Source of the DNA: Mobula hypostoma
Lineage: Eukaryota
DNA length: 64,000 nt
Direction of reading: 5' to 3'
Assembly (NCBI RefSeq): GCF_963921235.1
Contig: NC_086100.1
Span: 178,498,001-178,562,000, forward strand
Position 1 is the stretch's first letter. Every line of letters starts with the position of its first letter. Both the position numbers and the translations under genes were made by a program. The notes under the pieces are model-generated. The model was not told where the DNA came from and did no database searches. It saw nothing but the letters and a program-made list of their open reading frames with translations. Shown here piece after piece: positions 1-13,348 of the stretch.

Positions 1-2020
1 CTGGAAGCAATTCAGAAGGCAGAGGATATCTACATTCCAAAAAGGAATATGTATTCTAAAGGCAAGATGACACAACTCTGGCTAACAAGAGAAATCAAAG
101 CCAACATAAAAGGCAAAGAGAGAGCATAAAATAGAGCAAAAAATCTGGCAGTAAGTTAGATTGGGAAATTTTCAAATACCAACAGCAGGCAATTAAGAAA
201 GTAATTAGGAAGGAAAAGATGGACTACATAAGTAAGCTAGCCAATAATATTAAAGAGGATATCAAACGTTTCTTCAGATACATAAAGTGTAAAATAGAGG
301 TGAGAGTGGATATCGAATCACTGGAAAACAATGCTGGAAGGTAGTAATGTGGGACAAACTGAATAAGTATTTTGCATCTGTCTTCACTGTGGAAGACACT
401 AGCAGTATGTCGTAGTTTCAAGAGTGTCAGAAGTGTGTGAAGTTGCCATTACTAGGGAAAAAATTCTTGGGAAACTAAAAGGTCTGACGGCAGATAAATC
501 ACACAGACCAGATGGTGTACACCACAGGGTTCTGAAAGAGGTGGCTGAAGAGATTCTGGAGGCATCAGTAATGATCTTTCAAGAATCACCAGATATTGAA
601 ATGGTTCTGGAAGAGTGGAAAATTTCAAATGTCATTTCACTCTTCAAGAAGGGAGAGGGGCAGAAGAAAGGAAATTAAAGGCCAGTTAGTCTGACCTCAG
701 TGGTTGGGAAGATGGTGGAGTCGATCGCTAAGGATGTGGCTCTGGGTACGTAGATGCACATAAAATAGGTGGTAGCCAGCTTGGGTTCCACAAGGGAAAA
801 TCTTGCCTGACAAATCTGTTGGAATTCTTTGAAGAAAGAGCAAGCAGATTAGCACTTGGATATTCAGAAGGCCTTTGACAAGGTGCCACACCTGAAGCTG
901 CTTAACAAAGTAAGAGCCCATGGTATTACAGGAAAGACGTTAGCATGGATAAAGCAATGGCTGATTGATAGGAGGCTAAGACTGGGAATAAAGGGATCCT
1001 TTTCTGGTTGGCTGTCAGTGACCTCTGTTGGGACTGCTTCTTTTTACCTTGTACGTCAATGAGGTGGATGATGGAATGGATGTTTTTGTTGCAGTTTGCA
1101 GGTGACACAAACATAGGTGGAGGGGCAGGTAGTTTTGAGGAAGTACAGAGGCTACAGAAGGACTTAAATTAGGAGAATGGGCAAAGAAGTGGCAGATGGA
1201 ATACAGTGTCGGGAATTGTATGGTCATGCACTTTGGTAGAAGAAATAAAAGAGTAGATTATTTTCTAAGTGGAGAGAAAATTCAAAAGATTGAGGCACAA
1301 AGGGAGTTGGAAGTTCTTATGCAGGATTCCCTAAAGATTAATTAGCAGGTTGAATCTGCAGTGAGGACGGCAATGTGGTGTTAGCAATAATTTCAAGAGG
1401 ACTAATATACAAAAGCAAAAATTTAATGTTGAGACTTTATAAAGCACTGGTGAAGCATCAATTGGAGTATTGTAAACAGATTGGGTCCCTTATCTTAGAA
1501 AGGATATGGTGAAATTGGACAGCATTCAAAGGAGGTTCATAAAAATGATTCCAAGATTGAACAGCTTGTCATATGAAGAGCATTTGATGGTTTTGGGCCT
1601 GTATTCACTAGAATTCAGAAGAATGAGAGTTGACCTAATTGAAACCTATTGAATGGTGAAAGGTCTTGAAAGAGTGGATGCAGAGGGTGTTATTTTCCTA
1701 TGGTGGGAGAGTCGAGGACCAGAGTACACAGCCTCGGTATAGAGGGGAATCCTTTTAAAATGTAAATGAGGAACAATTTCTTCAGCTAGAGATTGGTAAA
1801 TCTGTGGAATTCTTTGCCACAGGCAGCTGTGGAGGCCAAGTTTTTACTGATATTTAAGGCAGAGGTTGATAGATTCTTGACTGGTCAAGGATTGAAGGGC
1901 TATGGGGAGAAGACAGATTGGGGCTGAGAGGAAAAATGGATCAGCCAAAATGAAATGGTGCAGCAGACTTGATGGGCCAAATGGCTTAATTCTGCTCCTG
2001 TATCATACAGTCTTATGGCC
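1..2020 (+). mobile_element. CR1-type LINE, decayed ORF2 (RT) and 3' end
   Basis: Fragments KS-PDG-H-RVLKE, DIQKAFDKVPH and CR1 3' UTR; many stops and frameshifts. Confidence 0.85.
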
Positions 2021-2754
2021 TTAATTGTTTCACGTTGTGACTGTTTATCATAAGATCATATGACAAAAGTCAATTGTCCTGAAAAATTAACTACGCCTCT
2101 CTACAGATGCTGCCTGTCCTAAATACTTCCAGGACATCTTGATTTACTTTAATTCCTTGGACAACTTGCTAATGTTGGTGAGATTTTGTTAAAGAATTCT
2201 TGTTCAAGACAATGGATCGTAGCATATTGCTCACAGCATTTCTTCAAATTACTCCACTTCATTGTCTAAACATTCATTTAGGGCCTGTGTGTAGCATACT
2301 ATTCCAAAGCTGCCACCGCTGGTAGGTTTTAAGACCATTTAGTGCCGATGCATGGTTTTGCTGGCAGGTTGGCACTTGTTGCCCATCCTCAACTGCCCTC
2401 GTGAAGATGGTGACAAGTCATTACCTTAAATCACTGAGGCCCTTTTTGGTGACTACTTGGGGTAGAGAAATTCAGGATATGAAGGAAGGGCTTGGAGGTG
2501 TGATGTTTCTATACACTCTCCATCCTGGTCCTTTTTGGCAACAGAAGTGTTAGGGTGCAGCATCTGCCCAGCCTCTCAAACAAATATTTATATATTCATT
2601 TTAAGGGATATGATCAATGCAAGGCCATCATTTCTGACTTCTCTATTTAATTGAGAAAGTAGTAAAATCATACAGTGCAGCACAGTAAGAGCCCATCTCA
2701 TCCTGTCCCACTGTGATGCCTCTCTATAGTAACCTATGTGGCATGTTTGTTTAG

Positions 2755-3066
2755 AGGATGTCACAGTAGTGTAATGGTTAGCGTAATGCCTTACAGCATT
2801 AATGACACGTTCAAATCAGCTGCTGTCTGGAAGGAGTTTGTATGTTCTCCCTGTGACCATGTGAGTTTGTTCTGGGTGATCTGGGTTTCTCCCACATTCC
2901 AAAAACACAAAGTTAGGATTAATGAGTTGTGGGCATGCTATATTGGTGACAAAAGCATAGCAACGCTTGTGAGCTGCACCCAGCACAACTTCAGACTGTG
3001 TTGGTTGTGCACACAAACAACGTATTTTTCTATAGGCTTCAATGGACATGTGACAAATAAAGCTAA
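2755..3066 (+). mobile_element. SINE-like repeat
   Basis: tRNA-like head (gtagtgtaatggttagc), core gtttgtatgttctccctgtgacc, end acatgtgacaaataaagc. Confidence 0.5.
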
Positions 3067-3261
3067 TCACTCGTTACCTAATTTTATATGCCTACTTTAG
3101 GCCTAAGTTCCTCCGAGCCTTTCCAATACATGTATCTGATCAAATACCAAATAAATATTGTATCTGCCTCTACCACCTCCTACTAAGGCAGCTCGTTCCA
3201 GATAACCACCACTCTGTGTGATATAAAGCGGGGGAAATACCCTTCTCCTGTATTTCCCCCG

Positions 3262-3829
3262 CTAAGGTAGAGCGTTCCTATGAAACCTTTCGTGCCGAAA
3301 TGGTGTAAGTGAAGAAGCAATTGCCATTAATTTATATGGGAAAAATTTTTTGAGCGTTCCCAGACCCAAAAAATAACCTAACAAATCATACCAAATAACA
3401 CATAAAACCAAAAATGAATAACAATAACATATAGTAAAAGCAAGAATGATATGATAAATACACAGCCTGTATAAAGTAGAAATAATGTACGTACAGTATA
3501 GTCGGGAAGATGAAGGCAAAACCGATTTGTCGGAGGAAAAAAATCGGCACATAAGCACATGCGCACATCATGCTTGTACACACGGGTGCCCGCGCAAGGC
3601 TTCATGGTCATGGTAGTCTTTCTTGGGGTAAAGTGTCCCGGGATTTGACTGCTACTTTTGTCCCTTATTTGGGAGTGAGAAAGCTGGCAACCCTAACTGT
3701 AAAAGACATGTTGAGGTGACTTTATCCCTACTTGAACACCACCCCACCCCCCCACCCCAGTCGGCTGGTCCGCAAGAATATTGTTAATATTAAACCGGTC
3801 CGCAGTGCAATAAAGGTTGGGAACCCCTG
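3262..3829. mobile_element. Non-autonomous DNA transposon remnant(s) with a hAT-like terminus
   Basis: Ends ccggtccgcagtgcaataaaggttgggaacccctg (reverse complement CAGGGGTTCCCAACC, resembling a hAT/Charlie terminal repeat); interrupts CR1 tail fragments. Confidence 0.4.
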
Positions 3830-3973
3830 TTATAGGCAGTTTCTAGAGTAGGTTACATGGTCGATACAACATTGTGGGCCGAAGGGGCTGTATGTAGATT
3901 TCTATGTTCTATGTCAGTTGACAATGACTGCAACACTACAAACCGGATCAGAATTACATTTCATATACAGTAC

Positions 3974-4117
3974 CTTGCAGACAGTCAGCGTTGCTGCCAC
4001 CTGCTGGCTGTAGTTTGTATTGACTTTGTTTGGCAGTAAAGGATGGAAATGTGCTTAAGACGGAAGCCAATGCGCTGTCCAGACTCTGTGCTAATTTCTG
4101 CTCATGTGATACCAACC
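3974..4117 (-). CDS. UBOX5: UBOX5 penultimate coding exon
   Basis: (G)LVSHEQKLAQSLDSALASVLSTFPSFTAKQ... matches the UBOX5 SHEQKLSQSL..PSFT motif; acceptor tgtccaacag|, donor CAAG|GTACTG; phase agrees with the previous exon. The final RING exon was not found in the window. Confidence 0.88.
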
Positions 4118-4529
4118 CTGTTGGACACAGATCATATGTCAATCACACTTAGTCAGAAAAATGTAAATCTCTACAGGATTATGTCAAACAAGAATGTGCA
4201 CTGGAGATCCAATAGATGTTTCCTCCACGATGGGAAGTGTTCAAAAAGACAAAATTAGTATCTCCAACATGGGTCAATAACCAGAGGTCATCTCAAATGT
4301 TATAATACTTTAAAAAAAACAAACAGTTTCTTAGTAGTCAAATATATCTATGTTACTACATGTTAGGAGATTTCCTAGATTCAACACTCAGGCCGATGTT
4401 TGGCAAGATAGTCAACCTTGAGCAGGATAGTGACACACTTAATATTAGGTGCTGGCTCACAGGTTCAGTGACTTCAGCTCAATCCTGATCCCCAGTGCAG
4501 TTTGTGCAGTTCACTCTCTCTATGTGACA

Positions 4530-5110
4530 AACAACAGAAAATCTGCTGATGCTGGAAATCCAAGCAACACAGAATGCTGGAAGAACTCAGCAGGCCAGGC
4601 AGCATCTATGGAAGAGAGTATAGTCGACGTTTCGGCAGAGACCCTTCATCAGAACTGAGAGAAAAGCCGAGGAGTCAGTGTTAGAAGGTGGGGGGAGGGG
4701 AGGAAGAAACACAAGGTGATAGGTGAAACCAGGAGGGGGGAAGGGGTGAAGTTAAATGCTGGGAAGTCGATTGGTGAAAGAGATAGAGGGCTGGAGAAGG
4801 GGAAATCTGATAGGAGAGGACAGAAGGCCACGGAAGAAAGAAAAGGGGGGAGGACCATCAGAGGGTGATGATGGGTAGGTAAGGAGATAAGGTGAGAAAG
4901 GGAAAAGGGAATGGGTAATGGTGGGGGGGGGGCAATTACTCTAAGTTCGAGAAATTGATATTCATGCCATCAAGTTGGAGGCTAACCAGAGAGAATATAA
5001 GGTGTTGCTCCTCCAGCATGAGTATGGCCTCATCGCGACAGTAGAGGAAGCCATGGACTGACAAGTTGGAATGGGAATGGGAAGAGGAAGTGGATTTAAA
5101 ATGGGTGGGC
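4530..5110 (-). mobile_element. Penelope-like element 3' fragment (end of GIY-YIG ORF plus terminal repeat with hammerhead motif)
   Basis: Minus strand ~4944-5016 translates LEEQHLIFSLVSLQLDGMNINFSN, a typical Penelope ORF end; AGTT-CTGATGA-AGG..CC-GAAAC-GTC-GACT at ~4622-4656. Confidence 0.7.
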
Positions 5111-6802
5111 ACTCTATGTGGGGCTGCCTGGAAGTCATTTTTTCTAACATTCCAAAGGTGTGAGCTTGTGGGTTAATTGGACACTGCGATTTACCCCTAG
5201 CATATCAGAGTGTGGTAGAATATTTAAGGAATTGATATGAGTGTGGAGAGAATAAAGTGGGTTTCTTACATGATCAGTGTAAATTGATATTTTATGGTTG
5301 ATAGAGTTGGTGAGCCAAGCTTTCACAAACAATAACAGGCTAACATGGTTCCCTTGACCACAGGCAAGATAGCTGTTAGAAACTCAGCAAGTCAAAAAAC
5401 AGCTGACGTTTCAAACACAGACCCTTCATCAGGAGCCTGAAATGTTGACTGTTTATCCCTTTCCATAGATGCTGCCTGACCTGTTGAGTTCCTCCAGCAT
5501 TTTGTGTGTGTAACTGAGGAATTTATCAAGGATACTTACATTGATAACAGCTTCTTGAATTCAGCACTTTCCTGACTACCAGTCCTAAAACATCCATTGT
5601 CCCCTAACCAAAGAGTCAATGTAAAAATTTTACGAGGCCAAAGAAACTGGAGTTGAAGGAACTGAGTATTAGAGTCAGAGTCACGCAGCATATAGCACAG
5701 CAGGCCCTTTGGCCCATCTACTCCATGCTTAACTATTATTCTGCCTAGTCCCTTTGACCCACAGCTGGACCAGAGCCCTCCGTTACTCTGCCATCCATGC
5801 ATTCTTGTATGTGTTACAATGCATTTTCAGCATCTGCAGAATCTCTTGTGCTTGTAATAGTGAGAATTTGATTTGGTGAGTCTGCTACAATACACTTTTT
5901 TTTGACAAAACAGAAGGAAAAATAAAGGATTCTAAAATTTGCAGTGAAATCCACTCAAGTCTTGACAAAAACCCAAACCAAATAGGTGAGCATTATTGTT
6001 CTCTTGTCACAGTTTTGGAAATCTTCCTACAATCTTCATTTAGACTCGCTCCTTAATTTGCCAGATGGCTTATGGACTGTGGATTTTCCAAAGTGAATAT
6101 ATGAATATGAGAAGGTCACCCAGTAACCTGCTCCATTATTCAATAACACCATGGCTGCCCTGACTGTAATATCCACCCTAAATTCCTGCTTCCCGCAGTA
6201 ATAATTATTTCGCTCTCTTTTATACTTGTGTACCAGAAATGACATTGAACAATCTTGAATCTCTCATCCCTTGGCTGTTCTAAAATTTATCCAGTGTTTC
6301 CTTAAAATATCTGAAGACTGATCAGCACTCTTTGAGGAACAGAATTCCAAAACTCACAGCCTTCCGAGAGGAAAACATATTGCCCCGTCTTTATCTGAAA
6401 TGGAATCCCTTAATTTCTTCTATTCCAATCTTCCTTTTTTAACTTCACCTTACAAACATCGAGGCTAATTTCCCAGTATGCAAAAGCCTGCTCCATATTT
6501 GTACTGTTCTGAAAAAAGGGTATGTCCTGAATTCTTTACATTAATATTAGATGAGTGTTCTCATTAGCCAATCACTGTTATCTCTTGCAACAACTCAGAA
6601 AAGATGGATCCTGACCTTGGATCATCTATAAACTGCCCTTGTTCTGTAATCTATCCACATGCCCATAAGGAATGGTCACTTGCAGAGAGATAATTGATAT
6701 TGGGTAGAACAGGACCCCAGTTCTCATCCATAGCTTTGGAAGATAAAATTTGTAAATGCAGTATCACACACTGACAAAGTGTAAAAAACGATGAGAGTAT
6801 AC

Positions 6803-7967
6803 CCAAACTTTTCTCAGACTTCTGCGGTTCTTTCACTTCTGCTTTGAATCTCTTTTCATTAGAATCTGACACAGATGAATAATTTGAACTAGTGCAGGCA
6901 CTTATTTGTTCAGAGACAGGATTCATGTCTGCATCCTGTATGGAGTCTGATTTTCTCTTCACTGCAGATGAGGCAACAAAACCAACTCGACTTCTCCCCA
7001 CAATGTCATGGCCTGGTATTGTGCTGTGCAACACAAAGTAGTCTAGCCTTGCTTTAAGAGTCAAGTGAGGCACAGGCTTTGAGTGGTGGCTGAAAGGGAC
7101 ACCGGTGAAGGGATCATTTGGCACCCTGCCCCACGTAGCTTCATTCCGGCTATATTTGTCCAGTGTGCTCTGATCGATTACTTTACCACTAGGAAGTAAC
7201 ATTGGAAGGACCATGATTTCAGAAGTTATGGGGTCCAGAAACTCCTCTGGAATGCTCCCACCAGGTAGCGGAGATCCATGGGTACTGGGCTGTAGGCTAT
7301 CACCAGGTGTATTGTTAGACGGTGCGGTAGAAGCAATTCCTTGCTTGATCACAGGAATTGATTGCTCAGCCTTGTATTCTTGGTAAGCCTTGAAGACACT
7401 TTCAATAAGTTTAAGAGGGGATGATCTAGATGGTTGTCCCCAGATGTCCAGCTTTCTGAAACAAGGCACACGACCCCCTGAAACGTAAGTGATGCAAATC
7501 CTGAGGTGATTTATGTTCGTCAATGAAAATTGTCCCTTGTTCCACAAATCCTGTTTGGAGGTATGGCTGTCAACAGCAGAAAGCTCATTAAGCTCATTGA
7601 AAGGAGCTCTGGGTTTGTATGCTTTGTGCCTAAAGGATACTTTGTTTTGGTTTTTCAGCACAACCTTCCCAACTAATGTGAAAACATCTTTGTCAGTAAA
7701 GGTCTGGCAAGCAGGCTGAGAGCTCTGTAAGGAATTTTCCGTCCATGTCTGAGTCTTATTACATGTTGTACAGGTATAGATGTCCAATCCTAAAGAGTTT
7801 TGCAAGCCTGAGACTTCCAGGTCAATTCTACAAAGCTCCACATTAAATGGGAATGACACTGTAACATGTAGAGGAGGTTTGATGAAGTATTCGGCACGGA
7901 ATCCACACCTTGTCTTCACGGGATCTGCAGATATCAAGTTGCTTACGTCATAGCCGTCAGCACAGAC
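6803..7967 (-). CDS. UBOX5: UBOX5 (RNF37/UIP5) large coding exon containing the U-box
   Basis: VCADGYDVSNLIS...EYFIKPP...IPEEFLDPITSEIMVLPMLLPSGKVIDQSTL...DPFTG; acceptor ttgttcag| and donor TTGG|GTATAC; 1165 nt, phase 0 to phase 1. Confidence 0.95.
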
Positions 7968-8259
7968 CTGAACAAAATGCACAAAAGTAAGTTAAAGTAT
8001 TTTGTCACTATAATTACAGTACAAACTTTATCTGATGTTGATACTGAGCTGTCAGGCAAAGCAGCAGGAAGGGTTGGGCTAGATCTCCCATAGCAATATG
8101 TTGCCAATTAATACAGTCCAGATTGATGAGGAAGTGGGTGAAGAATGTGTCATCTTTCTGCAACAAGAAAGAGACAAAAAGAGATCACAGATTGGCACCC
8201 TTGACTGCTATATCCAATTCAACTAACTAAGCAGCTGGTCGATTGTACTGTCTACCTTC

Positions 8260-8877
8260 TGTAAGGCCCTGGTTCATATTTTTACTGTTATGCTGTATGT
8301 ATTTCATTTTGGCAGTTCTGTCAGAGCAGTTCTGTTTTCAACTTATGTTTGGATTATTGTTGAAGATAAGGGATGAGGAGAAATGTGTGCCATCCAATTA
8401 GGATGGTCAAATTTAGGGGAGGTTTCTCTGGTGAGGGACACTAAGGTTGGGCTTGGGGCTTTAGTTCGAGAGGAGATGAAGAGGGAAGACGCCGGAGTGA
8501 AGAGGTCGTGGGATTCGACCTGGAGTGGGACCGTGATTCTACAAAGCCCAGGATGAGATGGCTTGAGGATCGGTGACTTAGAGAAACGTGAGCTCCAACT
8601 GGTGAATATTTGACTGTTTCATTAAAATGGCCCCTTTTTTTTTGTTCTTTTCTTTACTAACCCTTTAGTCAAATTAAGAATCATAAAGATAATCTTTTAA
8701 TCGTATGTGGTGTGCTGTCTGTTATTTCATGGCACTAATTTGTAACGGGGTATCGAATTACACAGCACTTGCACAAACAGGAGTTTGGGGTGGGAGTGTG
8801 CCCCAATCTTACGAGTTTGGCGGGGCCAGAGATTGCCTTCCCTAGACTTACGCAGCCGAGGACACCAGAGTGTTTCA
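8260..8877 (+). mobile_element. Solo LTR of a Gypsy-type retrotransposon
   Basis: TG...CA termini (618 bp) flanked by a 4-bp CTTC duplication; homologous to the LTR at 48947-49599. Confidence 0.85.
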
Positions 8878-10134
8878 CTTCTCAGCAGCCGAGGGTCAGG
8901 TGCAAGTGAGACACTACGTGCTGAGTTACAAAGACTTCACTGGGAGGCTAAAAACCAAATACGTTAAAGATCTTTAAGATTGAGGTAATTAGTAGGGTGG
9001 ATGTTTATACGATATTTCCAGGTTATGGTTGGGCTGAAGTGACTGGCAGTGGCAGTGAGGTCTAAAATGATATAGTCATCAATAAATACAATAAAGAACC
9101 TTGGAAATACTTCTTTGCCCAGGGGATGCACACTTCATGGACAGCCAAGGTCTGAAGCAGAGACAGCTACAAGGAACAGATAGGGTACAATGAAGTACAT
9201 TGGGAGGAAGCTCACATGGAGCATAAGTGCCACAGAGACCATGTGGAATAAATCAATCACAAATTAGTAGACTACAGAAAGAGCCAATGGGATTGAGTCT
9301 ACACTCTTCCCCATTATTTTTACTAAATATTGACCAAATTCACTTTTGAATGCCCTACCTAACTGTATAGTCACCACTCTACCATATGGTTCATTTAAAA
9401 TCCTGTCCAAACATTGTACAAGTTATTCCATTACATCGCCTTTTTCTTTTGCCTGTTTGGTTTTAACTTAGTGACTGCATGAGGTTCTTCTTCCTTATTC
9501 TAAATCTGTCAGCTCTTAACAACTCTCCCCCTAAACATCTCTGCTCTGAGAAGAACTGTCTTCCACCACTATAAATGTACTCTTGGAATAATTCTGCTAA
9601 AATTTATTCTGCAACCTTGAAAAACCTCGATTTCCTTACAAAAGTATGTTGCTGAGAACTGGGTGCAAAGCACCATTTGGACATAGCAGATTTTGTTTAA
9701 GATAACTCACTGGACTTCCTTTTATGAAGTCCTGGATCCACATTGTAAATCACTAATCTCTCCACCATCTTCAAATATCTATCCGAGCACATCTTACAGT
9801 ATACTATTTGAAACTTTAACACACTAAAAAGAAAAAAAAGACAATAAATCCTTTCGGAAGGCATTTTTCCTGCACCTAATTCTACCTGTTATGCCTCTGT
9901 TAATAATTGCACCATCAAATCCATAAAGTCTTTTAATATCTTAACTCTGCTGTCTTTCTACAGATGCTGCCTGACCATAGATGAGAACCTCCAGTATTTT
10001 CTGCTTTACTTCAAGGGATAAATCTCCTTGAACTCATCCTGAAGCCATTTATTGGATCAAAGGGGTCTAATATCCTAGCAGGCAGGTTTAATAGAGCTGT
10101 CAGGGAGGGTTTAAATCAACTTGGCAATACATCC

Positions 10135-11890
10135 TTTTTGAGATATCTGGCCCAAAACTGTTGACAGTATTCCAAGTGTGGCCTGACTAGTGTCTTATAA
10201 AGGCTCATCATTATCGCCTTGCTTTTGTATTCTATTTCCCTTGAAATAAATGCCAACATTGCATTTGCCTTATCTACCACAGATCCAACCTGTTAATTAA
10301 TCTACTGGGAGTCTTGCATGAGGACTCATAAGTCCCTCTGCACCCCTGATGTTTGAACCTTTTCCCCATTTTGATAATAGTCTGCACTGTTGCTCTTTTT
10401 ACCAAAATGCACATTCGTACATTTCCCAACTCTGTATTCCATCTGCCACTTTTTGGCCTAGTCTTCCAACTTGTCTAAGTGCTGCTGCAATCGCATTGCT
10501 ACCTCAGTATTACCTACCCCTTCACCTATCTTCATATCATCCAGAAACTTAGCCACAAAGACAGCAATTCCATTATCTAAATCACTGACTAACAATGTGA
10601 AAAGTAGCAGTCCCAATACTGACCCCCAAGGAACACCACTAAGTCACTAGCAGCCAACCAGAAAAGGCCCCTTTTATTCCCAGTTACTGCTCGTGTCTGT
10701 CAGCCATTCCACTATCCATGCTAATACCTTTCCTGTAATGACATAAGATTTTACCCTGTTAAGCAGCCTCATGCGTGGCACCTTATCAAACACCTTCTGA
10801 AATCCAAGTAAATGGCATCCACTGTCTCTCCTTTGTCTGCTCGTTACTTCCTTGAAGAAATTTAACAGATCTGCCAGGCAAGATTTCCCTTTACAAAAAC
10901 CATGGTGACTTTGGCTTATTTTATCATTAGTCTCCAAGTACTTCGAAACCTCATCCTTAATAATAGACTCCAACACTTTCCCAACCACTGAGGTTAAGCT
11001 AAGTAGCCTATAATTTCTTTTCTTTTGCCTTCCTCTCTTCTTAAAGAGTTAAATGACACTTGCAATCTTCCATTCCTCTGGGATCATGCCAGAATCAAGT
11101 GATTCTTGAAAGATCATGACTAATGCATCCATTATCTCTTCAGCAACCTCTCTTAGGACTTTGGGATGTATGGGGTTGATTGGGACCCAGGATCAGCCAT
11201 GATGGAACGGCGGAGAAGACTCGATGGGTTGAGTGGCCTAATTCTGCTTCTATGTCTTATGGTCTTATGGTACAAGTCCGTAGCTTCCTGAAAGCAGGGA
11301 TACAGTTAGATAGTGAGAAAGGAGTTTAGTATGCTTGCTTTCACACTCGAAACATTGAGTATATAAAAGTTCAGATGTCATGTAACAGTTGTACAAAATA
11401 CTGTTTCCACTGCACATGGAATATTAAATACAGTTCTGATGGTCACATTACAGGAAGGATTGGTAGCAATAGAGAGAATGTAGAAGAGATTCACCAGCAT
11501 GATGCCTAGAATTCAGGGCTGTAGTTAAAAGGAGAGATTGGGTATGCTGAGTATACTCTCACTGGAACATAGAAGGTTGAGGAGTGACCTTATAGAGATT
11601 TATAAACTTATGAGGTACATTCATAGGATAGGTAGTCAGAATCTTTTTTCCCTGGACAGGAGAGTCTAGAACTAGAGGGTACAGGTTAGAGGTGAAGGGG
11701 GAAATTTAAAGGAGATCTGAGAGAGTAAGTTTTTCATGCAGAGGGTGATGAATATCTGTTACAATGACAATCTTCAGAAGATTGGATAGGAAAGATGTAG
11801 AAGGATATGGGTAGGCATATGGGATTAGCAGAGACAGGCATAACTGTTAGTATGGATGAGATGTTCCTACGCTGTGCATTTCTACAATTC
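10135..11890. mobile_element. Cluster of decayed CR1 fragments (minus ~10135-11170, plus ~11170-11890)
   Basis: GKVLESIIKD...GKSCL..L and FDKVP RT motifs; CR1 3' tail (cttatggt)n. Confidence 0.75.
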
Positions 11891-12169
11891 TATTGAAATG
11901 GATTTTTTTTTCTCCAGACAAATGGTCAGTATTCCACCACTTGACTTGAAAACCAATGAAAATATTAGTTTCGTTAAGGAAGAGAAAAAATTGGCAAAAG
12001 TACCGGGGATAATCGGCCTGCTATTTGAAATTGTATAATGGAATCCTTACATGCATCAGGAGAACTTGCTGGTTTTTAACCACCCTCCCTTTAGTACTGG
12101 GGCTTCTGATTCCGATGTTGTCATCATCTTTCTGGATGAATTAAGATAATCCATGGACAATCCTCACCA

Positions 12170-12399
12170 CGAGGAATTCTGCAGATGCTGGGAATTCAAG
12201 CAACACACATCAAAGTTGCTGGTGAACGCAGCATGCCAGGCAGCATCGTTAGGAAGAAGTACAGTCGACGTTTCGGGCTGAGACTCTTCCTCAGGACTAA
12301 CGTCCTGACAAAGGGTCTCGGCCCGAAACATTGATTGTACCTCTTCCTAGAGATGCTGCCTGGCCTGCTGCGTTCACCAGCAACTTTGATGTGTGTTGC
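12170..12399. mobile_element. Second Penelope-derived fold-back element (same family, opposite orientation)
   Basis: 98-bp inverted arms (12200-12297 / 12302-12399); 14-bp target-site duplication GACAATCCTCACCA at 12156-12169 and 12400-12413; degenerate hammerhead motifs on both arms. Confidence 0.8.
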
Positions 12400-12924
12400 G
12401 ACAATCCTCACCAATTACTTTTCCAATTTTATAACATTACTTTCCTCACTTCCCACTGATCACAGCAATTGGATCAGAGAGGGAACAGAGGTGGGATGTA
12501 TCAACAGGCCTCGGCCTCAGGTAAGCCATATACTAGTGCCAAATTCTCATGCTACTGGGAAAATAGGAGCTGAGCCAGAAGAAGGATCTCAGAGAATGTT
12601 TAGCCTGCCTTTTATATCACCAGTGATCGTCAGTATATATTGCCATGCCTATACCCCAAAAATAAGAGTTGTGGCTAGTATTTACATCTTAACATTGCCT
12701 ACAGTAAGAAATCTCATCCACTCCTAAAACGGGGTGTTTCATTCAATGAACTACAGAGCTTGGTATTCATGAATTATTTGCCTTGAAAAGCATTTGGATT
12801 TCATTATCAGCCAACACCAAGTGAAGACTGCAAGCAGTCAAAGAAATTGATGATTTCTAAACAACATCCCTTACCTCACCCCACCCTATCCCAGTCACTA
12901 CAATCCCCTAAAGAGAAAAATAGA

Positions 12925-13255
12925 TATTAGAAACATAGAAGATAGGTGCAGGAGTAGGCCATTCGGCCCTTCGAGCCTGCACCGCCATTTATTATGATCA
13001 TGGCTGATCATCCAACTCAGAACCCCGCCCCAGCCTTCCCTCCATATCCCCTGACCCCCGTAGCCACAAGGGCCATATCTAACTCCCTCTTAAATATAGC
13101 CAATGAACTGGCCTCAACAGTTTCCTGTGGCAGAGAATTCCACAGATTCACCACTCTCTGTGTGAAGAAGTTTTCCCTAATCTCGATCCTAAAAGGCTTC
13201 CCCTCTATCCTCAAACTGTGACCCCTCGTTCTGGACTTCCCCAACATCGGGAACA
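12925..13255 (-). mobile_element. CR1 3' fragment
   Basis: SRTRGHSLRIEG...FFTQRVVNLWNSLP, a CR1 ORF2 C-terminus, plus 3' UTR. Confidence 0.85.
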
Positions 13256-13348
13256 AGTAATTTTAGGGAGAAGTAATTTTGTTTGCACTGGGAACCATAC
13301 ATTTTGATTTAAAATTCCAGGTAATAACTCTATAAAGTATTCAGATAC

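Noticed and set aside
5380-5512. Further hammerhead-like remnants (also ~31030-31070, ~35195-35225)
   Set aside because: Core nucleotides or stems are lost, so they are not callable as ribozymes.
6651-7982. 443-aa ORF as a complete intronless protein
   Set aside because: Both ends are intronic read-through; splice sites delimit 6803-7967 and flanking UBOX5 exons were found.
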